A stretch of DNA of 64,000 bases. Source: Leptogorgia sarmentosa. Lineage: Eukaryota. The position numbers were made by a program, and so were the translations under genes. The notes beneath the pieces are model-generated. The model had not been told where the DNA came from and searched no databases. It saw nothing but the letters and a program-made list of their open reading frames with translations. Shown here one piece after another: positions 1-12,245 of the stretch. Within the stretch, counting starts at the first letter, position 1, and each line of letters begins with the position of its first letter. Where the stretch lies: contig OZ210885.1 in NCBI GenBank assembly GCA_964658305.1, forward strand, positions 17,422,001-17,486,000. The letters are read 5' to 3'.

Positions 1-1774
1 AAAAATCTATGGCTAGAATGAAGCGAGAAAAAGACTTGAAATTTAACATGCACATTCCTCAGAAACGCATCATATTACATCAATGTTCAAAGTAAAAAAA
101 CGCATTGATATGATTCGGTCCCCAGGCCAAGCTATACATTGTATGATATATCAGTGTTTTCTGAATAACATATGTGAAAATAAAAAATTTCTATAGAATA
201 GGTAATGAAAAAAAGGACTTGAAGTTCACATGCAGTTCCGTTTGAGTTGAAGACTAATTCTCATATCAAACCTATACACGGCAGAGATAATCTAATTGTC
301 GCGGGTTTTATTCGCGGGTCGCGGGTAAAGGTCGCGGGTAAAGGTCGCGGGTTTTTTTCGCGGGTCGCAAAATTTTTCGTGGGTCAGCGAATTCTTGTAC
401 CGGATCTAATTTCATGCCGTCTATTTTGTCCGGGGGGTGTGTGTGACATTTTTTATTCAACAGTTGTTTTGATCGATGGAGTACGCTAGTACGCCTGGAA
501 ATTAAGAAAGAATATACCATTTTTGATATGCGGAATATATATCGAGGTCGAGGTAAGCTAAACTCAATAACATTGATATAATAATGACATAGATTTTCAC
601 ATTGTACTCTTTATGATCTATGATAAATAAACCTTTCCCCTTTAAGACAAACTTTTGAACTGTGGGAGTTCATCACTATAGCTGTAATTTAGAGCATCAT
701 TAACTTAATGAAATTGGCGACTTTGGTTGGGAAATAACGTAAATTGTGGAAACTACAGTCATTTAAAGTTTGCGAATTTTGTATTATTTTGTATTACGCA
801 CGGCTAAGTGTAATCGGATTTCGAAGTTGATTATCAGTTATCACTCTGTATTTCACAGTTGACGATATTTTGTCACCAAACTTCACAGTTCTACTAAATG
901 TACGATGCTCTTTTCAACTGTCCTAATAATACCCAGCAATATTTATTATATCCATTCAAAATTCGTCCTAAAGGGGAAAGGTCTATTGGTAAATATGACA
1001 CTATTAATTTACATTTCTGTTACAGTTGGTAATACTAGCCTTTGCATAGTTTGCACGAAACCTCTTTACTTTAAACCATCCTGATGCTAGCAACTAGCTA
1101 CAGTATGTCTTGCGGCAGGGTAATTTGAAATGTCATTCGACATTAGACAAATTGCAGCTTGCATTGCAGATTATTACCAAACAAAATCCATCTAACTATT
1201 ATAACAGATATTTTTACATTAGAAATTTAAAAATAGAAATTTAAAGCATGTCTGACACTTGACTTGTCTGAAAGACTAAAACCTGTTGCTTCTTTGTTCC
1301 CTGTGGTGGGAAACATATGTCACTAATAGAGACAGTGGAATAGAATAGTTGCAGGGTTTGAATATTGAATGTTTTGGTGCATTATTTTAAATAACCCAGC
1401 GTGACCTATGTAGCTGCCCTTACTATACTACAAAAACATAATAACTATACTGTATGTGTTACAATATTTTGCAGTAATAAAAAACTGTGACTTGTAAATA
1501 CAAGTTCAACACATAGGTACAACGTCTCAGAATCGTCCAAGACAAAACCTGTAATATTAGTGCCCATTCTTGCAGTAAATCTTAGCACAAATATTACTAG
1601 TAAAATTGTATGCTATAGCACTGTGTAGACCAAAATGATTTTTGCTCCAGTTAGGACATAAATTAGCATATGGTGGGATATTTTTTCTTCATATATTAAT
1701 AAGATGCCCCTATTTCAAAAAAAAGTGTCTGTGGTGGTCATAGGTTAGGTTTAGTGCATACCTATCACATTTTT

Positions 1775-1896
1775 GGGGCTGTTCCTATTTTCAGTTTATC
1801 ATTATCATTTGTATTGTGATCCAAACCAAAATTATAATCCCAATCCCAATTGTAACCATAATCCTAGTTCTAGATATCTGAAATAGTAACAGCCCC
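1775..1896. mobile_element. Small MITE-like inverted-repeat element inside the MULE
   Basis: GGGGCTGTTCCTATTTTCAG at 1775 and CTGAAATAGTAACAGCCCC ending 1896 are imperfect inverted repeats; no coding capacity. Confidence 0.4.
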
Positions 1897-4800
1897 TAAA
1901 TCACTCATATTAATGGGTACATACCCACTGTTTTTAATCTTATCGTTATTTCCTATTCTGTGCTTCAAGCATTACATTTGAGAAAACTTATCTGCTGTAG
2001 ACCAAGCTTGCTGATATCCTCATCTGATACTGTTGTTTTCACATGAATTGTATGTGGTTTTCTCAAATTTGTCCATGGTGGTAGGCGGTTCATACATGAA
2101 GTGCTAGGGCAAAAATAGAAACTGGTTTCAACCACAAAGTTTTGTTCATATGGTACGTATAGGCCAGTAACAGATAGACAGAGCTCCCCATCTTGTTGTT
2201 CAGCCTGGCAGCCTCTGCACCGTGGGACTTGACCTCGTTTTTTCTCCTTTCGTTCCAGGTACCATATTTGTGGACTGGCATTGCGAGGGTCATTTTCCAA
2301 AAGGTTGGTTGTGACCTCGTTTCTGCTTTGTAAGTGTTGGGTAGGCGTTGTTGCTTCATCTCTTATCTTGAATTGTTCTGGAATGTTTGTTGGGGTGTTA
2401 GCTGTGATATGGCGAATTTCGGTGATGGTCAATGATACCTGCTGCAAAATTTCACTATTCTCCTGTATACCACATATAAATAGCAGTGTCCATAAAATGT
2501 GCTTGCACGCCTGCTTCCCGCGTTGCTTTGCATAATTTTGGCAGTCACATGAATGCTGACTACCAATATGAACAGTGTAATCTGTATACCTTGAAGTAGA
2601 CAAGGCACATACAAGTCCAGGAGTCTCTTGTCCTCTAATGTTCATTGACCTAACCTTTATAGTGTTTTTCTCGCGTTTTGCTCGCTCAAGGCGATCGAGA
2701 AATGCCTTACTTCTTGACGATCTGTAGCGGCTTGGTCTGTCAGTGCACGTTGTTCTCTCACAGGAACTCGTTATGCTAGCATTATGCTTGTCTGATGGCA
2801 AACTGAATGGTGCGGTGAAGGCAGTTGGCGATGCAGTTCTTTCTGTGTCTGTGATGTCCTCCCGTGTAAGCTCCTGACCAAGGGCATGAGCCCTTCTAAC
2901 CTCGTTTGAGGTTTTTTGAAGGGCTTTGTCTTGTAATGAAGGACCCGTTCCACCTCGCGAATCTCCAGCACAAAAAGCTTTATACTCGACTTGCAACTGC
3001 ACGTTATCCCGAGCATCAGCTTGTGCAGCGTCCAATAGTGACATATTTCCTTGATCCCGTTTAACCCAGCTAGCATGAATAACTTCAGCCAGGTTCATTT
3101 TTGGACCACCAGAAACGCTGACGAAGGCAGGGAAAACAAATGCCCTCCTCTTGTGCCACCAGTCGAGCCAAGTTGAAAGGCGTATGCGTTCAGGACATTC
3201 AGCAATGAATGATTCCAAATCCTCTTTCGCTTTGGTATAGCTTACTGGAGATGGGGCTTGCAGGAGGCGATTGCATAAACGTTTGAAATTGCTGCGGTCT
3301 TCATCGCCAAGCTTTCGTGACTGACGATTACGACATTCTTTAAAGTGAAATTCATTGAAGCATTCCCAAAACAACTGTACAGTGTTCGAATTTTCACCTT
3401 CACATTCCATTGTTGCTAATGGGATCAATTTCTTAAGGACAGGGTGATAGACACTCGCGGTTAAAGAAACCAATCCTCGACATCGTTTTACCTTTCCGTC
3501 AAAAAAACAAAACTCTTCGCTGAGCTTGTTTTTGGATGTAGCGCAGTCCATATTCAGGGCGAACTGTGCTTTTAATTTACTTGATTTGAAGACATGGGAA
3601 GGCTTGCTTGGATTTCCACGCCGGTCATTCATGGTGTAAACGTAATATGGATCTCTTCGGTCAGCGTATTGTTTAAAATGAGCTACAGCTTCAAAATTGT
3701 GACCATGCGGTTGATTCAAATCCTTGATCTTTTGCTTTTGGTTAGAGAGCCATTTTTTATCAATGAAACTTCATGCTGTTTCTTCTATAGAATTCCAGTC
3801 TTTCCCTATTCATAACAACAAATAGGTCGCACAATTTTTAAACTGATTACTGACTAAAAAAACAAAAGCTTTGCGTTTAAACGTCCAAAGGCGAACTAAA
3901 GACTAATTTTACACTGTAAGGTAGTAAAGTGTAAATGATTTGTTGTTTTTAAAACTTCAATGTTTAATTATTCTTTTGACATGAGAAAGAAAATTTGAAA
4001 CGATTTGGTTGAGCAAAAATTCGGCAACGAGAATCCAGCCCTGACGTTTGCCGTTGACGGGAAACGCGAAGTTTAAACTCTCTAATTAGAGTTTTGCTGA
4101 ACGTGTAAACTACACAGAGCTACTTTATCTCCTCTCATTTGTGAAACAATCAAATTGCTTTGGATTACTGATGGAGTGAGTCCCGGGTTTTCGGTTAACT
4201 GTCGTTTTATTTCACATACAGGTTTCTGTGCAACTGGTTTTGCTGGACATGTGTGATTACCGTGATGATATACGCGAATCGATTTTGGTAAAAATGCGAC
4301 ATAACGACGGGCCATACATGGTACATCCCTTCCTTTATGACGACATACGCGACATAGATGATTTTTGTCAAACTGTGTCCGATTCACCACTCCATACTCA
4401 CGTTTGAAATCACAGTCGGGGTTGGTGCACTCGTACGAACCGGCGCAATTAGAGTATCGCACTTTGGAAAATCCACACCACTGTGTTCCTGAATCTTTTT
4501 TCCATTTCCGTCCATCGCGAACTGCCGAAAGCTTAGCAGATCCCGAGCTCTCAATTTCGTAGACCTTACGACCGTTGATATCGTTTGGCATGGTTTCGAC
4601 ACTTTCTACTTTCACGCCACTCCAGAACTGAGGACCGAATTTACTCTGCTTTGCGCGCGGAAGGTCATCGTCGCTTGAGTCCGTGGAAGATTGTTCATAA
4701 ACTCTATAAGACAAATAGATTATTACTAAAAGTATTTCTAAATAATAGCGTATTTTTTGCAAAATGTTTCTTAACTTTTTATATTATTTACTTAATCCTC

Positions 4801-5394
4801 ATCCCAAACCCACGACAACGCAAACAGTTCATGAGGCAAGTACCAAAAGTTACTGTACATCATAATTTGCCGCATGCACAGACGACAAGCAATGAACCAA
4901 AAGTATCTCAAACTAATACGTACCTTTTTTTCGACTCGTTTCGTTGACGTCTTGCCTCTTTCGCATTATTAGAGCCCTAAAGGTAAAAGCACAGGAATAT
5001 TTAGTATCTAATAGGTAAATATTATAACCTTATTTTCAAAACTTATTTTTTGTCACATTTCTCGTTAATTTTTTTTTTCGGTCAGACGCGGAAATATATC
5101 GACCGTACGTCAACCAGTCAAAATCCAAGACCGTGTAAAGCCATATAATAATGCTGCATGTTCTTCTATAGCAATCATGACGTCATAATATGCCCGTTAC
5201 AACGTCATAATATTATACTCATGAACACGAATTGTATTGCATATTTTTGTTCCTTCTGTTTTCCCCAATCTTTTCGTTTAACGAGACAATCCAGTTTCTA
5301 ATCGTAAGTCATAGTACCTTCTCCCGCTTTATTGTTCTGATTTCTGGTTCTGCGTTAGGCGAAATTGTAATCTCATCTTCTTCGGCAGATGATA

Positions 5395-5712
5395 TCACAA
5401 TTGTGTCCGGTTCAATTGCCGTCAGAGATTCCGTCATCGAAAATTTGTGCCCCCAGTCATCTGAGCTTTCGCCTGAACTCACTTCGACTGCAGCAGAAGG
5501 TGTTGTCGATGATGATACTGGTACCGTCAGAGATTCTGTCATTGAAAATTTGCGCACCCAGTCATCTGAGCTTTCGCCTGAACTCACTTCGACTGGAGCA
5601 GAAGGTGTTGTCGATGATGATACTGGTACCGTCAGAGATTCCGTCATTGAAAATTTGCGCACCCAGTCTTCATCTGAGCTTTCGCCTGAGCTCACTTCGA
5701 CTGGAGCAGATT
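5395..5712 (-). repeat. Coding tandem repeat, ~120-bp (40 aa) unit, ~2.6 copies
   Basis: Repeated SAPVEVSSGESSD(E)DWVRKFSMTESLTVPVSSSTTP in ORF 5309-5755. Confidence 0.9.
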
Positions 5713-6929
5713 CCAATTCTCCATCTAAGCTATCGCCGCAACCAGCTGATGACAATGAATTATCAACCTACATGTTAAAAACAAGTGAAGCTGATATTGT
5801 GCGATAAAGGTGTTGTCTACATTAAATTATGGGGTTGAGGCACACACAATTGAAATCTGCTTCTCTTCGTATTTAAGGCGCTTGCAATGCCTGTTGTCGT
5901 ATATACATTAAATTTACGACAGGTTCTAAAACATTATTACCATGATATTAAATGTAAAGATATATTCTTACATTATGAACCACTGATAAACCAGGTTTAA
6001 AAGTGGATACACAATTGTCCTGAGGTTTAAGGAGCATATAGTGACTTCCAGTGTATCCAAGGAATATCTTGTTACCACTCGAATACGATGTCGAAGGTGT
6101 CTCTTTTGTCAACCTCTGAAAAAAATATTGCACCAATTGAATTATACCATTCTACGCAAACTGATTTTAACAAACTACCAGCCACACCTATCAAGGCTGC
6201 CACCCGTCCAATATGCGTGGGGCAAGGGAGGGAGGCGATAGAGTTGAATAATTCCTTTAACTTACCCCCTGCCAGTCAATTATGTTTATTTCCAAGCGAA
6301 ACAAATTAGCTGCTGATACAATCGTGGGATGGGTAGCCATTTCACCACGCAGAGCCATAACAGCATTCCGCCATGTCTCAGGTTTGGTATTATTCCTTCT
6401 CGGAAAATCTTTGTCCGTTAAGAAACGGTACATATCAGTTCGTATAAGAGCACCATCCTAAATGACAAGTTGCGTATAATATTTACCAGGGCCTATTTTA
6501 TTTGTGCAGTAATATTGAATAATAAGTGTGCAGTATTGAATGCAAAGGTCTGTAGTATTGATATTTGAAATTAAAAGTTCTGAGAGAACAATGTATACCT
6601 GAAATTAAAATTAAGTTCAGATTTCTAAAGTGAATTCGCAAAAAAAATTGACAAAGTCACATGCAACAAAATTGACGAAATATTAGCCAAAGCAAGTTTT
6701 GGCTAATATAATTTTGTTAAAGGCCTATTTCCACCCAGGAAAATAACCATCGGATCGGGTCGGACTTTTTTCCAATCCTATCTGATCCACCAAGTCAATC
6801 TCCAGAAGGTCACAGTACTTTGTGCAAAGCGCTTGGCGCTTTATTTCGCCTTTATACGTAAATTATAATTTATGCAATTGAACGTTTAATACATGACGTC
6901 ACAAGATTACGTCACGGTAATTGATGATG

Positions 6930-7101
6930 CAGTAAAATCCCGCTATCTCGAACTCTCAAGGGCAACGAAAATTTGTTCGAGATAGCGGGAGTTCGACATA
7001 GCGAGGGTTGATATAAATGTAAATGTACTATGAGTTTCAAGGGAACTGGCTTTCAGTTCGAGATTCGAGATAACCGAGTTCGAGATAGCGGGATTCTACT
7101 G
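6930..7101. mobile_element. Tc1/mariner (pogo/Tigger-like) MITE in intron 1 of the MULE gene
   Basis: TIR CAGTAAAATCCCGCTATCTCGAACTC ... GAGTTCGAGATAGCGGGATTCTACTG; internal TTCGAGATA repeats; TA TSD not preserved. Confidence 0.7.
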
Positions 7102-10100
7102 AATTCGGTCTGAAGTGTGCAGCATTGAAATTTCCTTAGAATAGGCCCTGCCATTTACAATTGCAGAAATTTTGCGGCAAACTTTTATTTCTGAGTTGAG
7201 CTTCGAGTTGGAGTTCCATTATCGGATTTGTATTGGAAGTCAACCATAAATATATTATACGATCGCGTACTACCCATTACTGGCTGGGATTAGGTATGAA
7301 TTTTCACGGAACAAAGCTTTTTGGGGACGGGAGAGAGAATAATTGTTTGTGTTTGCCTTAGTAAACGTTGAATATTTGTTGCAATTGTGATAGATTCTCG
7401 TACGAATAGCGGTTGTTTCTTCTTTATAAGGTCTTCAGGCTATCGTGTCGCTGTAATTCATTGACTCGCTGGCGGAAATCTCATGCATGTGTTACATGAA
7501 TGAGATGACATTTTTCCTACACATGCAAGTAACAGTGTACTATGCGAAGTGTGATGATGCTGCGGTTTTGGTAAAGCAGCTTGTCACTGCATGCATTTCT
7601 ATTTATGTACTGCTATAATCACTATGAATCACAGGAGTACATTTAGATGCCTGTTTGATTTTTAGACTTCAATTATAAAAAGAAAACGTCAAAGAATTGA
7701 GCCGCAGACTCGGCATTGCGCGAAAAGGATCGGTTTGCACGAGAAAACGCGCAACACTAGTGCGTTTTCATTCGAAAACGCAAACATTTCGATGAGTTTC
7801 GACTTTCCGTCTACACTAATATCTCAGCGTATTCACTGAAAACGCATCGCAGTATGTTCGCATTAATAAAATGTTGCATTATACCAGTGTTCTTTGCTGG
7901 GATTTGGGTTAACGTTGATTAACCTGGCTAAGACCAGAATACTTAATCCTTAGCGTATAATATGGGAATATGGGTGTCTTGGACGAAAATCCCAACTTGA
8001 AGCGCAACCGAAATCCTAACTTGGTAAATAGCCGTCTTCCGTATTTAAGTACGTTGTAAAAACACTCTGTCATCACAAGCTTTACTGCTAAATTGACTGA
8101 AATTACTTCCTTTTTAATTCGAACTACGGATTTAACGCCATTTAGCAAAGCGCAGCATTTTCAAAATGTAATTCTACTCCTCTCCACGTTTTAGTGACAA
8201 TAGCTATAGGGAGTTTGAAATGGCCTCAATCTACGATGCAAGGTAATAAGGAAGCAGCTACTTGTGCTTCAAGTTTGGATTTTTCACACTGCAAATTCGT
8301 TTTATTGCTTACGTTTGTCTCAGTCGACAAAACGATATCAGATTCTTTACTTTTTTTTAGTTTTTTAGTAATTTTTTAGTTTTAATATAGGTAATGAGAA
8401 CCATATTAAGCCGTTCAATTGTCATGTAACAATAGTCCATGAGTGAGATGAAAATTTAGGTTCTAAGGGGGGGAATTGTTATATGTGATATAAAATCCGT
8501 GGGTATGGTCTGTGGTTTAGACTGATAGAATTTAGATGGCATATAACGGGTGCAATATGTAAAAATTAAATAAAAAACTTGTAAGTATGTATAGTTATAA
8601 AATGCGTGGATTTTAGGGTGCGGGTACATAAAAAGGTCAAAATGTGCGGTGTGTAAAATGGATCAAGTCCGAATCGGAAATGACCACGTGGAACTAAAAA
8701 ACTTGTATGGATACATGTAAAAAGGTATAAAAAGGAGAGAAGCAAGAGTATGTGTGTGATTCAGTATCCCCGTTGGCTAAAGCCCTAGTGCATATTAGGT
8801 TGGCTAAAGCCCTAGTGCATATTATCCGAAAGTTACGCGCAATTCTCGAGGTTTTATACTCACTTAGGAGCTGCGGAAATGCAACACCTTGGTATACGAG
8901 CTACTACATCTTTACATCAATTTGATGGTTCAACAAGACAGAATGCCTACATATTCACAATCATATTATCAAAAGGTTACCTCGTTTTTAATGGAGAGAA
9001 ACTGGTTTTCTAGCATGAACTCTTCCAACGTAGTGATCACCTCATGAACATCCATACCAAGATGAAATGCGAGACATTGATAGAAGCATCGATTTTTTCT
9101 TCCTGATGGATCGTGAAGCAACACCAAACCGATTTTTTTACCTTCGTTTATAACGCTGGATTCGATGGTACTCATCTGTGCATCATAGGAAATATATTAT
9201 AACATGTGGCATTTGTTCACAAGACGCGACGCGTTTAAAACACCAGAAAATGATAGTAAAACATACATGAAAAGCTATATACCGGTATCATTCTTACCTT
9301 TATAACGTCTATCAAAAAGCTGGAGAAAAGCTTGAAAAGCAGAGTTAATTAACTTTGAAACACGTTTTCCTTGAAAAACGAAACCAAGCACAGTCCAAAG
9401 ACAAAGTCGCAAGTCATCCGATGACTTTATGGAACAAATGCGTATGATCGCTGATTGGTCGAAGCGTTAATAACTCTTCCTGTATTATTTCTTGTGTTGA
9501 ATCAATAGTATAATAGAAGTATTTTCTCACGCCTATATAGGGTATTCTATTATATTAATACAGCGCTTTGCCTTTGCGCGTTAGCTGTGCGGCGCTGTGT
9601 TGATACACTGTTTTGATCAAAACAAACTCGCATTTCGATGATGATTTGTCTGAACAGGCAAGAATAAGCCGAGAAAGATCTAAAAAAACGGTTCCTGTTG
9701 GAAGCAACAAAAGAAAACATATCAGTAAAACGAAATTCTTCTAACCTAAGGTTTAGGAACTACATCTCGCTAACTGATTTGGGCTCTGATTTGGGGGTTT
9801 TTATCAAGAAGTAATATGTGCTATTTAGGTGTACTCGATCATGACTAATCGGCTCATCTTCGATCTAGTTAAACGTCAGTGTACTATGTAAATTTTCATA
9901 GACACTCATTTGGCTCGAGTAAACTCGTCATTTTTTCCTTTTCAATAAAAAATGTCACACACCCCCCGGACAAAATAGACGGCATGAAATTAGATCCGGT
10001 ACAAGAATTCGCTGACCCGCGAAAAATTTTGCGACCCGCGACCTGCGAACTTTACCCGCGACCCGCGAATAAAACCCGCGACCCGCGACAATTAGATTAT

Positions 10101-10651
10101 CTCTACACGGCAGTGTATAAAAATATTAAAGGCAAGCAATACATTGTTGGGATTGTCAATGAAATGTTTTTAAGTATACAGGGTGTATCAAAAAAAAGTA
10201 TACTCGCGAAAAATGTCTTTTAGGCCGAAGCGCACGCACCCCATTGCAAACCATTGGTATATCTAAGTAGTTTGAGCCCTTCGGATACATCCTACACTAA
10301 AAGTTTGCAGAAAACGACCATTTTACGACTACGAAAAGTGTTATAAAAAGCCGTAGTAAAAATGGTTTGCGCGAAAAAATGTGAGGCGGAAAATGCAATT
10401 TGATTTGACAGCCTAAATCTATGGAACAAGTTTCATAAGTTATTCAAGTTTGAGAGCATTTGGTGCACACAAACGCAAACGCGCGACGTTTGAAATTTCG
10501 GAATTTTAGCGTTTCAATTTCCGAACCTGATTTTGTGGTGACTTGTAGCTCATTAATGCGTTGCAAACAATTTGCATAAATTAAATTTTACAAACTGACA
10601 GGTTGTTGGAATTCCCAAATGACATCGAAAATAATAGTCGTTTTCGATTCC

Positions 10652-10851
10652 AAGCCTAGTTTCCATACGGTGTCTCTAGCTTTCGGTCGTTGTTTTTGAG
10701 CGAAGGTTTTGCGACCGTAAGGGAGAAACAGAAATGTCGCTGGGAGCCTGGGATAGAACAAAGTCTATCTCAACGACACTGTTATTTTTGGTCACTTCGA
10801 GTTCACTCGGAAACCACGAGCGACCGCTAAGGACTTATTGAAACTAGGCTT
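10652..10851. mobile_element. MITE (PIF/Harbinger-like termini) inserted in the DD41D element
   Basis: AAGCCTAGTTTC ... GAAACTAGGCTT 12-bp inverted termini; absent from the equivalent position next to the right TIR. Confidence 0.65.
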
Positions 10852-11341
10852 CAGTTTGAAAAAAGTGCTATTCTTCGACAGGGCACCTATCTTGTTCTAA
10901 ACAGAGCCCAGCTCTGCTCATAACATGCAAGTAAGGAACGGGATGTGTGTGTGCATGCACGCCGGCGGTGTAAAAAAATGTAGGCTTTACTTGCGGTATT
11001 CTCCGGTTGTTTATGACTTTAATGATACTGCAATTGCGTTTGATTTAACCACTTGTATTTTCTCATGTTCAACCTTGAGTTATTCACATTAACGTTTATT
11101 TATACTTTATTTCAAGAAAGCTTTACGTTGACCTATTTACATTTGTTAATCATTGAACACTCAGATAACGTTAGTCCTCTACATGACCCCCGTTTCTTTC
11201 TACGCAGAGCTCAGCTCTGGTTAACATGGCGTTGACAGCACGTTGAACCATCCCTCTGTTCCGCTTAAGGGCGTCCATCTCACGGCGGATTCTCATTTCG
11301 AGGTCGTCCAGGTTTGCAGGTGGCGTTAAGTACACCTTCGA

Positions 11342-12245
11342 CTACAAATAACCCCAAAGAAAAAAATCTAATGGTGTTAAATCTGGGGATCTTGGTGGCC
11401 ATTCGATTTGGTGATTTAACGCTACAACTCGCTCACCAAACAGCTGTTGCAAGCGCTCGGTAACGATACGTCTCCTATGAGGTGGTGCACCGTCTTGTAT
11501 CCACCAAAGACGTCTGAATTGGCCATTCCTGTTTGGTCCAAAACGATGCATTCTGCATAACCTGGGATGCACTTGCTCGTTTATCATCTGAAGGTAGCCC
11601 TCGCCGTCCAAATTATTGCGAAAAAAGAAGGGACCAATGATGCTGCCGTTTCCGATCATCGTTTCGCTGGTAATCGAAGTTTAAAGGCGGTTCACCACGT
11701 GGACAATACGCTCTGACGTTATGGGTGTTTACGCTAGCATTTGGGGCAAATCCTGCCTCGTCGCCGACAATTACATTTTCAAGAAAACGTTGATTTTGAC
11801 GAAGCAGCCACTGACAGAAGTTCACCCGTCGCTGGTAATCTCCATCGAACAGCTGATGACGTTTGATCGTTTGGTAGGGATATAGCTGCAAATCCAGTCG
11901 GGTAATGCGACTGAATGTCGCTGAGGATAAACCAAGACCATTACGACGGGCGCTTATCCTTTGTTCACCTGCTTCTTGATTAGCCAGCACGTCTGTTACT
12001 GCCGCGATATTTTCCGGACATCTTGCTGTCCTCCGACGACCAGACCTGCCCTTATTCAAATTGAAACTTGTGCCATGCATGTTGTACTTTCTTACATTTT
12101 TATAAACTGTAGCTCGCGACGGGCATCGAACACCAGGGTAAACTTCACGGAACCTTTGGAGAACTCTCCTAACCTCATTGTTATTTTGGTGGTATTCTCT
12201 CACTAAAAATGATCTTTGCTGAGGTGTGAACTGTGGCATAGCCAT
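11342..12245 (-). pseudogene. DD41D transposase, frameshifted
   Basis: ORFs 11613-12290 and 11342-11659: IVGDEAGF, QDGAPPH, WPPRSPDLTPLDFFLWGYL; 41 residues counted between 2nd and 3rd Asp; frameshift near 11655 and stop after WGYL. Confidence 0.88.

Larger units (their letters stand above)
1965..9175 (-). pseudogene. Spliced OTU-like protease + Ser/acidic repeats + GCM-type Zn domain + MULE transposase + SWIM + C-terminal Cys finger; disabled
   Basis: Phase-compatible GT-AG exons: 8981-9175, 6266-6457, 5972-6151, 5318-5767, 4924-4976, 4703-~4128, 3805-1965. Motifs: DPSGRKNRCFYQCLA and LGYTGSHY (OTU Cys/His), DGRKW..CAGSYEC..HHGNHTC (GCM-like), FFDGKVKR..FHF..NLAEVIHASW (MULE), CDCQNY..CKH (SWIM). 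In-frame TGA at 3771-3773; donor of exon 6 not canonical. Confidence 0.78.
284..10103 (-). mobile_element. Mutator-like (MULE) DNA transposon, 9.8 kb, with ~170-bp TIRs and 9-bp TSD
   Basis: Inverted repeats 284-457 (GAGATAATCTAATTGTCGCGGG...) and 9944-10103 (...CCCGCGACAATTAGATTATCTC); identical 9-bp flanks TACACGGCA at 275-283 and 10104-10112; internal gene has GCM-like, MULE-like and SWIM (CDC...CKH) motifs. Confidence 0.92.

Noticed and set aside
247..520. ORFs 247-489, 308-520 and 9879-10223 sharing peptide text
   Set aside because: They are translations of the MULE TIRs.
5232..5807. Plus-strand ORFs 5232-5807 and 5389-5778
   Set aside because: Antisense shadows of the repeat exon; splice sites and phases support the minus strand.
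8773..8825. Short tandem duplications here and at ~43651-43726
   Set aside because: Simple two-copy slippage duplications without further structure.
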